Shown here: positions 25,575-32,000 of the stretch, piece after piece
Layout: the number at the start of each line of letters is the position of its first letter
Position numbering within the stretch: position 1 is the first letter of the stretch
NCBI GenBank assembly: GCA_031283585.1
Contig: JAITBP010000011.1
Coordinates: 1 to 32,000, forward strand
Source: Puniceicoccales bacterium
Lineage (GTDB): Bacteria > Verrucomicrobiota > Verrucomicrobiia > Opitutales > LL51
Reading direction: 5' to 3'
DNA: 32,000 nt
Notes under the pieces: generated by a model
The model's database searches: none
What the model saw: the letters and a program-made list of their open reading frames with translations, nothing else
Told to the model about the DNA's origin: nothing
Program-made: the position numbers and the translations under genes

Positions 25575-26051
25575 GTGCAACGAGTTGTTAGTGTATTAGA
25601 TTCCTGTGAAAATTTCCTGGTGAATCAACGGTTGGTGGTTGCATTGTTTAGATATTTGGATGACATTGGTGTCTATAATATACCACCGGGGGATTTGTCC
25701 GTAGCCTTTGTCAATGAGGCTGTTATGGCTTCTCTTCACGGTAGGTTCCTCGATGACCCGGTTCCCACCGATGTGATAACCTTCGATGGCGATAGCCAGA
25801 TGAATTTTGCCGGAGAAATCATCGTATGCCCAGATTATGGTTATGATCGCTGCAATGAATTTGGAACGACTTTAGACTCGGAAATCATGCTCTACCTGGT
25901 CCATGGATACTTGCATCTGGCTGGGCTAGATGATGTTAATGATAGAGATCTGGCCGAAATGAGAGAGGCTGAAGCAAAATGTATGGCTCATCTGAATTCG
26001 GGTATGAATTTAGCTAAAAGCCCTTGTTTGATAAAATATATTGGGTCCTAG
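25575..26051 (+). CDS. ybeY: rRNA maturation endoribonuclease YbeY
   Basis: Motifs VAFVNEAVMASLHGRFLDDPVPTDVITF and LVHGYLHLAGLDD, in the position of the HGxLHLxGxDH zinc motif. GTG start, 158 aa. Confidence 0.85.
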   Translation: MQRVVSVLDSCENFLVNQRLVVALFRYLDDIGVYNIPPGDLSVAFVNEAVMASLHGRFLDDPVPTDVITFDGDSQMNFAGEIIVCPDYGYDRCNEFGTTLDSEIMLYLVHGYLHLAGLDDVNDRDLAEMREAEAKCMAHLNSGMNLAKSPCLIKYIGS

Positions 26052-26086
26052 TTTGAAGATTTTTTGACCCGGGCCGGTGTTAACAT

Positions 26087-27451
26087 CTATATGGTGTTTG
26101 CTGAAAGGCTTTGTTCCGACAATGGCGTCATTTTACCGTCCTTGAACAGAGTGATTTGGTTTGTACTTTCCGACACGGTGATTGCCAGGCTGTTGGAAAC
26201 AAGCGATATGATTGCTGCGGCTGCATGTCGAGTTCCCAGGCCGCTTGGCATCTGGATCTTATGGTTGTTTGGCGCCTGTATTAATGTGCCGGCCGATTCT
26301 ATGACGCCATCGCCCCGGACAATAAATGCGCCATCTATGGATGAAAATTCTTTCACCGTTTCAGCCATAAACGGGTTCAGAATATTCCTTTCATCCTCTT
26401 TGTACCCAAAGAACGGGTTCAGAACCAGTTGCTTAGTAAACGGTCTTATTTTCTCTATATCTCCCAAAACAAATAGACAGCCAACGGGTTTCCCCTCTCG
26501 ACCTTCTATGGAAATATCGCCAACTATGGCCAGTAACCGCTCAAGGACTTCAGGTCTAATGCCATCATGCAGAAACATTTTCCCATTGGTCACCGATGAA
26601 CTGAATTCTTTGGCTATATCTATGATAGATATGGTATCAAAAAGATTACTTTTGGTTATACCGGAGATGCAGCATATCTTTTCATCGCCTTGGATTAATC
26701 CTCGGGTTAACCCTATTATTATCGCGCTTCTCAATTGAGCCAACCTGTGAGATGAAAAAGATTGCACAAAAATCACATTGTTAGAGAGACTTGGCCGAAC
26801 CGAACCGGCAGTTGTTTTCTGTGTAACAAACAATATCTTCAATTCATTGAACTTGTCCATGCCAGGGTAGTAATCGCCGGTTATGACATCATCGAAGATC
26901 ATTACGGCAGAACACCTGGCGGCGGTGGCTATCTGTTTGGCTTTATTGAAAATTAGGTTATTGAATTTCGTTTCACCGAGATTTTCGGTGGGCTTACTTT
27001 TCCCAAATATCTTGCCTATTTCCGATCTAAACGCGGACAGAGAGGATTGGTTCTGTAAATTATTTATCGTGGATTGATCCTGTAACATTCTTGCTAGCGT
27101 AGCCAATGTGCTCAGGTATAAGCCTTCACCTTCGGCTGATAGCAACAAAAACAATATTTTTATCTGTTTATAACTCGATGAATTGTCATAGGACAGACCA
27201 TTGGGGCAGCGGCCGATGGCAAAAACATATGGTTTTGTCATCTTCAATTTAGCATGGGGCATGGCTATGCCGTCACCCAGATAGGTTGTTATGGTCTTTT
27301 CAGAATCTAGAATGCGTTGAAGGATTTCATTGTCATCGCCGGAGGATTTTGGAAGATTGCATATTTTCAAAAGCTCGACAATGGCACCATTGAATGTCTT
27401 GCTTTTGATATCAATAATCCTGTCCTTTGCTAGAAACCTGTGTAGATGCAT
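26087..27451 (-). CDS. PTS-EIIA(Ntr)-like / pyruvate-kinase-C-like / diadenylate cyclase (DAC, DisA_N) fusion protein
   Basis: The N-terminal ~145 aa are EIIA type 2-like, with TYLGDGIAMPHAKL (phosphorylatable His context) and KILFLLLSAEG. The middle region reads AKQIATAARCSAVMIFDD...LKILFVTQ...GDEKICCISG. The C-terminal DAC domain reads GREGKPVGCLFVLGD...SSIDGAFIVRGDG...GLGTRHAAAAIIS...LAITVSESTNQITLFKDG. Confidence 0.75.
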   Translation of the reverse strand: MHLHRFLAKDRIIDIKSKTFNGAIVELLKICNLPKSSGDDNEILQRILDSEKTITTYLGDGIAMPHAKLKMTKPYVFAIGRCPNGLSYDNSSSYKQIKILFLLLSAEGEGLYLSTLATLARMLQDQSTINNLQNQSSLSAFRSEIGKIFGKSKPTENLGETKFNNLIFNKAKQIATAARCSAVMIFDDVITGDYYPGMDKFNELKILFVTQKTTAGSVRPSLSNNVIFVQSFSSHRLAQLRSAIIIGLTRGLIQGDEKICCISGITKSNLFDTISIIDIAKEFSSSVTNGKMFLHDGIRPEVLERLLAIVGDISIEGREGKPVGCLFVLGDIEKIRPFTKQLVLNPFFGYKEDERNILNPFMAETVKEFSSIDGAFIVRGDGVIESAGTLIQAPNNHKIQMPSGLGTRHAAAAIISLVSNSLAITVSESTNQITLFKDGKMTPLSEQSLSANTI

Positions 27452-27525
27452 TTAAATAACGGAGTTATCTTAATATCTATACGAAAGTATGCTAGCAAAA
27501 TTTTAGCATTAACCTATATTTTTTT

Positions 27526-28140
27526 TTAGTTATCAAAGAAATATTGCTCTATGGTTAAGCAAATTGTATGGTATACAACGACATGCAGTTCTTGGACCAG
27601 ATAAGTCTCGATTTCAGGTACCCGGATACAAACGGTACAATAATTGGCCAATTGGCCACCGGTTTTACCAGTAAGGCCGATTACTTTCATTTTTTTTGCC
27701 AGTGCAGTCCTGGCAGCCAGTATAATATTTTTTGAATTTCCTGAGGTTGATATGGCCAGGAGAACGTCATTTTCTAGCCCAAGACCAAAGACTAGCTGGG
27801 CAAATACATATTCCGGCGAGCAGTCATTGGCATAGGCGGTATTTAGAGAGACAAAGTCTGGCAATGAAATCGCCGGAAGAGATCCCTGTAGGTGCTCAAG
27901 AAGATCCTCGCCAAGGTCATTTTTAATATTACCAGTGATTTTGCGTTTAAGCTTGAACCCTTTCAATAATTCGGCCGCCATATGTCCTGAATCAGCGGCG
28001 CTTCCGCCGTTGCCACAGAGCAAAAGCTTGTGTTTTTTTTTGAAAGAGTCACATAGAAAATCAATGGAATTTGACATATCGGCTTCGCAACAACCGAGAT
28101 TAGGATGTCGATCCATACATAATTTTATGTAATTTTTCAT
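27526..28140 (-). CDS. gmhA: D-sedoheptulose-7-phosphate isomerase (SIS family)
   Basis: Motifs LLLCGNGGSAADSGHMAAEL, NDCSPEYVFAQ, LLAISTSGNSKNI, IGLTGKTGG and EIETYLVQELHVVVYH. 204 aa. Confidence 0.88.
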   Translation of the reverse strand: MKNYIKLCMDRHPNLGCCEADMSNSIDFLCDSFKKKHKLLLCGNGGSAADSGHMAAELLKGFKLKRKITGNIKNDLGEDLLEHLQGSLPAISLPDFVSLNTAYANDCSPEYVFAQLVFGLGLENDVLLAISTSGNSKNIILAARTALAKKMKVIGLTGKTGGQLANYCTVCIRVPEIETYLVQELHVVVYHTICLTIEQYFFDN

Positions 28141-28280
28141 AGAAATATTTACAAAAAGTCGTAAAAATGCTTACATCGTCAACTGACGATGATTCTAGGG
28201 ATAAAAGTATTGATAAAGGTTGAAATTATTAATCAAGATATTTAATGTCTAGAAATTGTTGTATTACCTAAAAAACTGAA

Positions 28281-30149
28281 ATGGAAAAAGAGACGGTGGA
28301 GAATATTGTGCGTAGGCAGTCATTGCTTGATCACGAAATTGCCAAATTGTATAAAATGGCTAACGGTGCATTTTGTATGCATCAAAGCTGGGGATTTGGC
28401 CAGATAAAAACCTATGACAAAGGCCAAAATAAACTGTTGATCGTCTTTGAGGATGGAGCCGAACATGCCATGGATCCAGCATTCTGTGCCAAGAAGTTAG
28501 AAATTCTCGACGACAATAATGTTCTGGTCCGATTTCATAAGGATAGGGCCGGGATGTTGAAGTTGGCAAAGGAAGATCCGGTTGGCCTTATTATCGAGAT
28601 GATGGCGGCAGAGGCTGACCGAGAAGTTGCTGTGAGCGAGATTGAAAGGGTGTTTAAACGGATAATCGGCGACTTCGCCTATAGAAAATGGTGGGCTTCG
28701 GCAAAAAAATTACTTGCAAAGGATCCTAGGATTTGTCGGTCCGAGGCAAAATCGAATACGTTTATTCTGAGGGAAGAACCTGTAAGCCAAGAGGATACAA
28801 TACTTGAACAGCTGCGTATAAACCGAGATCCACTCAAAAGGGTACAAATTGCAGAAAAAATCCTGGCATTGCCAAAGGAAAGCCGTGCTTCTCTTGAGGC
28901 TGACATAGCTGGTATTGTTGATGACTTGACCGCCTACCTATCTGTTGAGGATCGCAGGCTTACTATTGCCCAAAGGCTTCAGTGTTGTTGGGTTAGGAAT
29001 GATCTTGCTGCTCTGATCGGCTATGATGTGGAGTCATTGGAACCGTCACCTGAATCCATAGTTAAAGACAGTTCGAATTTTGCCAAGCTGATCGATGAGT
29101 TACCAGTAAATTATTATCAAAAATTTTTAGGACTGATAACCTGTGCCTACCCTGACGAATGGGAGTCGTATTGTTCCAATTTGTTAAAAAATAGCAAAGG
29201 AAAATTTACCAATGAATGTGTGCTGTTTTTGATGGATAGAGGATGCGAAGAACTTCTGGCGGACAATTTGCTTAAGTGGTTAAACGAGAGGTCGTTGAAA
29301 TCTTCGGTCCTGTTGTGGCTTGTGAAAAACAGACATGTGAGGAAGTTTGTGAGTGTGATACCTCCAGAGATCATAGGGCCACGATTATTAAAGGCGATAT
29401 TGATGGCAATAGATACGGAGGCGTTGCTTGGTTCTGGCACCAAAAGGATTCCACTGGCTGATATTTTGAGTGAGGATAGGAATTTAATTAAGGATTTGTT
29501 GGTTGGTGCAAATGATGATAGTGCGAAGGATTTAGCTCAAATACTTATTGCTAGCCAAGGATTTGATGATTTGACCAAGAGATCACTGCTGGCGAGATTT
29601 GTCAAAGAATTCCCCGAGGTGCAATCGGTTATTTCAAGTAAACAGGGTGCTGTTAAGGAGGAGGACATTTCGTTGATGGTTTCCCAGGCCAGTTTCGATG
29701 CTCGGACCAAGGAATATGAAGTTATTGTTAATGAAAAAATCCCTGCAAACAAACGTGCCATTGAGGCTGCACGAGAACATGGCGATCTTCGCGAAAATTC
29801 CGAGTATAAGATGGCTAAGCAGGACCAAGATACGTTGCTTGCCCGGAAAGCCCTATTGGAATCCGAGCTTAAGCGGGTTAAGATAATTGATTTTTCTGAG
29901 ACGCCGGGCGGTGTCGTTTCCCTAGGATCTGTCGTTAAATTGAAAGCTGCCCGGGGCAAAGAGACAGCCGAATATGCTGTGCTGGGAGCCTGGGATGGTG
30001 ATCCGGTCCATGGTATTTTGTCCTATAAAACACCGTTGGGCCAGGCGTTACTTGGTAAAAAAGTCGGAGATGTGGTGACAATTAAAATTGGCACAAAGGA
30101 ACAGTCTTGGGAAGTTCAAGGTATAACTAGGTGGGTTGACCGCAAATAG
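28281..30149 (+). CDS. Long GreA-family transcript-cleavage/elongation factor with ~470-aa N-terminal extension
   Basis: The C-terminal ~150 aa form a Gre module. The coiled-coil motif is AAREHGDLRENSEYKMAKQDQDTLLARKALLESELKRVKIID. The FKBP-like domain is GSVVKLK...EYAVLGAWDGDP..GILSYKTPLGQALLGKKVGDVV. The N-terminus contains FCMHQSWGFGQIKTYDKGQNKLLIVFEDGAEHAMDP. Confidence 0.8.
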   Translation: MEKETVENIVRRQSLLDHEIAKLYKMANGAFCMHQSWGFGQIKTYDKGQNKLLIVFEDGAEHAMDPAFCAKKLEILDDNNVLVRFHKDRAGMLKLAKEDPVGLIIEMMAAEADREVAVSEIERVFKRIIGDFAYRKWWASAKKLLAKDPRICRSEAKSNTFILREEPVSQEDTILEQLRINRDPLKRVQIAEKILALPKESRASLEADIAGIVDDLTAYLSVEDRRLTIAQRLQCCWVRNDLAALIGYDVESLEPSPESIVKDSSNFAKLIDELPVNYYQKFLGLITCAYPDEWESYCSNLLKNSKGKFTNECVLFLMDRGCEELLADNLLKWLNERSLKSSVLLWLVKNRHVRKFVSVIPPEIIGPRLLKAILMAIDTEALLGSGTKRIPLADILSEDRNLIKDLLVGANDDSAKDLAQILIASQGFDDLTKRSLLARFVKEFPEVQSVISSKQGAVKEEDISLMVSQASFDARTKEYEVIVNEKIPANKRAIEAAREHGDLRENSEYKMAKQDQDTLLARKALLESELKRVKIIDFSETPGGVVSLGSVVKLKAARGKETAEYAVLGAWDGDPVHGILSYKTPLGQALLGKKVGDVVTIKIGTKEQSWEVQGITRWVDRK

Positions 30150-30151
30150 TT

Positions 30152-30880
30152 ATGAACCTGTCGCTGGGACTTAATATCATTGTTGATTTACTGTTTCCGC
30201 GCTATTGTTGTTCCTGTGGTAGACTGCTTAGGGCCAGCGAGTTTCGCTACCTGTGCGACTACTGTGTTTCGCAAATATGCCGCATAACCGAACCGCTATG
30301 TCTATCCTGTGGAGCTCCTTTTCACGGTTATATCGCCGATGATGGTAGGATTTGTGCCAAATGTAGGGTTAATCCTCCGAAGTTCAACAGGGCCATATCC
30401 ATGTGGGTGTTCGATGGCGTTGCCCGGAAGATTATCCATGAGCTGAAGTATAAATCCGGAGAATATATGCTGCTGGACATTGAACGTATGGTTTCTCAAA
30501 ACAAATCATTTATAGAACTAATTTCTTCCTCTGTTCTTGTGCCCGTGCCAATCCATTGGCGGAGACTTTTTTACCGTGGCTATAACCAAAGTGAATTGAT
30601 AGCGAAGATGTTATGTAAAATTACCAAAAATTCGACGGTGAGGAATTTGTTGATCAAAAAAAAGCATAATCGGTCCCAGACGGAGCTGTCGTCGGACAAT
30701 AGGGTGAGAAATGTGGCCGGGTCTTTTGCCCTGTGCAAGAAAATCGATTTGCCAAAGCATGTCAAAATTGTTATTGTAGATGATGTTATGACCACCGGCG
30801 CGACGGTAAACGAGTGCGTGAAACAATTCAATGAAGAGGGCTATTATAACCTGTTTGTGGCGACACTTGCCCGGGATTGA
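30152..30880 (+). CDS. comF: ComF-family protein (zinc-ribbon + phosphoribosyltransferase domain)
   Basis: N-terminal Cys pairs CCSCG...CDYC...CLSCGAPF...CAKC, plus KYKSGEYM, VPVPIHWRRLFYRGYNQSELIA and the PRTase motif IVIVDDVMTTGATVNEC. Confidence 0.85.
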   Translation: MNLSLGLNIIVDLLFPRYCCSCGRLLRASEFRYLCDYCVSQICRITEPLCLSCGAPFHGYIADDGRICAKCRVNPPKFNRAISMWVFDGVARKIIHELKYKSGEYMLLDIERMVSQNKSFIELISSSVLVPVPIHWRRLFYRGYNQSELIAKMLCKITKNSTVRNLLIKKKHNRSQTELSSDNRVRNVAGSFALCKKIDLPKHVKIVIVDDVMTTGATVNECVKQFNEEGYYNLFVATLARD

Positions 30881-32000
30881 TTACTTCTTGCGGCTTTCCT
30901 TGGGCTGAAACTCGAAGCCTAGTTTGCCTTCTTTGAAAATCAAAGCCGCCGAGAAAAGTCGGCCGGTTTTTTTTGATCGAAAGCCCTCTATCACGTCTGT
31001 TTTGCCATTGGCTAGAAGTTTAGCCGCCTGCTCGCGAGTTAACTCTTTCCCTAGCACATACTTACCGATTCTAAACATGCATCTGGAGGCTTTGTCTTTT
31101 TTTATGAAATTTTCGCATATGTAGGCGTTTTCATAGTCGTAGACTGTGCCGTCACAATTTTCGCACTGGCATTTTCCTATTCCCTCGTAGCTGCGCAGTC
31201 TTTCGACGGTGATCGTGGGATCGTCCATGTGTTCCAGGTTTTTTTCAAATGAAAAATTGACCTTGCCGCTATCGTCGATGATCAGTGATGCCGAGTATAA
31301 TTTACCAAGTTTGGATCGGAACCCTTCCAATGGACCAACCCTTTTATTGCGTAGTAGTTCTTCAAATTCAGAGATTGCCATCCTCCTGCTGGAAAGAGTT
31401 TTAAGCAACACTATCTTGCCATCTTGTGACCGAAAGTCCTTCAATGTTTCCTGCATTGGAAGGTTGTCGCTGGGTGATATCAGCGTCGATAGCCTTATAA
31501 TTTTGTCGGCTTCTTCAAAAAGTTTTATCTTTTCTACGATATCTTTTGTCAATGTGATAATGCCGTTGATAAATGATTCTCTATCGAGGTTGCCCTGTTC
31601 CATCTGGCGCAGTTTGTATTCCCATTCTCCGGTCATGGTAGGGCTTGATAAGACGTTGATGTTGAAGGCGTCTAAGAATGTAAACAGGTCTTCAGCTTTG
31701 GGTGTAGGCATCAGGTCTCGTTTGTTTCTTTCGATGTATTTCAGGGAAATCAGGTGATCTATTATCTGGGCCCGGGTGGCAGGAGTACCTAGGCCACGTT
31801 CCTTCATAGCCTCTGCAAGTTCTTCATCGTCAACCATTTTACCAGCACCTTCCATCATCGCCAGAAGCGTTGCCTCGGTGTATCTTGCCGGTGGTTTTGT
31901 TGCTTCTTTGACCGCATTTACTTCCAGTACATTTGCCTTGGCAGGATTTCCATCTTGTTCTGCCAAAGCTGGTATTGTTTCGGCATCCGGACCGGTCGCT
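30881..32000 (-). CDS. topB: DNA topoisomerase III, C-terminal part (partial; continues beyond window end)
   Basis: Motifs KPPARYTEATLLAMMEGAGK, ERGLGTPATRAQIIDHLISLKYIERNKRDLMPT and MTGEWEYKLRQMEQGNL. A Cys4 ribbon follows (CQCENCDG...YICENF). There are two C-terminal repeats, GFRSKLGKLYSASLIIDDSGKVNFSF and GFRSKKTGRLFSAALIFKEGKLGFEF. The frame stays open from 31966 to position 32000. Confidence 0.85.
   Translation of the reverse strand, partial: ATGPDAETIPALAEQDGNPAKANVLEVNAVKEATKPPARYTEATLLAMMEGAGKMVDDEELAEAMKERGLGTPATRAQIIDHLISLKYIERNKRDLMPTPKAEDLFTFLDAFNINVLSSPTMTGEWEYKLRQMEQGNLDRESFINGIITLTKDIVEKIKLFEEADKIIRLSTLISPSDNLPMQETLKDFRSQDGKIVLLKTLSSRRMAISEFEELLRNKRVGPLEGFRSKLGKLYSASLIIDDSGKVNFSFEKNLEHMDDPTITVERLRSYEGIGKCQCENCDGTVYDYENAYICENFIKKDKASRCMFRIGKYVLGKELTREQAAKLLANGKTDVIEGFRSKKTGRLFSAALIFKEGKLGFEFQPKESRKK

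Noticed and set aside
26052-26086. Possible bidirectional terminator between convergent ybeY and the DAC gene (gacccgggccggtg)
   Set aside because: It is only a short self-complementary CCCGGG/CCGG patch with no stem-loop of useful length and no U-tract. I could not support clear intrinsic terminators anywhere in the window.
26064-26738. 224-aa plus-strand ORF antisense to the EIIA-DAC gene. Similar long antisense ORFs are at 31209-31757 (+), 4727-5206 (-), 9865-10362 (+), 16907-17242 (-) and 19891-20310 (-).
   Set aside because: Each is fully embedded opposite a gene with strong family motifs. Their translations are low-complexity, Ser/Arg/Leu-rich sequences typical of antisense frames, with no recognisable motifs or RBS.
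30878-30883. comF and topB stop codons abut with zero intergenic bases (TGA|TTA), as a possible functional DNA-uptake/topoisomerase module or mobile-element edge
   Set aside because: The genes are convergent, so co-transcription is impossible. No conjugation, relaxase or integrase genes are visible, and the topB 5' part and its neighbours lie outside the window. The data are insufficient to say anything beyond compact packing.

Overview
This is a densely coded bacterial chromosomal segment. By eye it is moderately AT-rich, roughly low-to-mid 40s %GC in the housekeeping genes (not computed). I call about 32 CDS in a few tightly packed operons and two tRNAs (Gly-GCC on the minus strand, Ser-GCU on the plus strand). 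The organism makes LPS and peptidoglycan (lpxK, kpsF, gmhA, murG), uses GatCA transamidation, and has a single-chain GlyRS. It also has an unusually long GreA-family protein and a GldG/DUF4340 pair. Together these make me guess a PVC-group bacterium (Verrucomicrobia/Lentisphaerae/Chlamydiae-like), but that is only a guess. Most of the window is housekeeping: phosphohexomutase, a polar amino-acid ABC importer with duplicated binding proteins, gatC-gatA-mnmA-glyQS-kpsF-dCMP deaminase-yqgE-thyA, DUF502-holA-lpxK, rpmG-ybeY, gmhA, comF, and a partial topB. I found no CRISPR array, transposase, integrase, restriction-modification or other recognisable defence genes. The clearest non-housekeeping signal is an AT-richer two-gene locus (751-3871). 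It encodes two signal-peptide-bearing, cysteine-rich proteins, each carrying near-perfect in-frame tandem DNA repeats (72 nt x about 2.8, and 57 nt x 8). The first also has a metallothionein-like Cys/Asp cluster and a beta-propeller-like C-terminus. The second also has a possible Skp1/BTB-like segment, a poly-Lys tract and an internal TM helix. Three secondary points are worth a look. One is a three-domain protein fusing a PTS-EIIA(Ntr)-like domain, a pyruvate-kinase-C-like domain and a diadenylate-cyclase (DAC) domain with a variant RHR motif. Another is a translationally coupled minus-strand operon joining an orphan OppF-type ATPase, a RodZ-like protein, GldG-like, DUF4340-like and MurG. The third is a 622-aa GreA-family protein whose N-terminus looks like a CarD/TRCF-type RNAP-interaction domain. 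All functional calls rest on motif recognition by eye; no searches were run.
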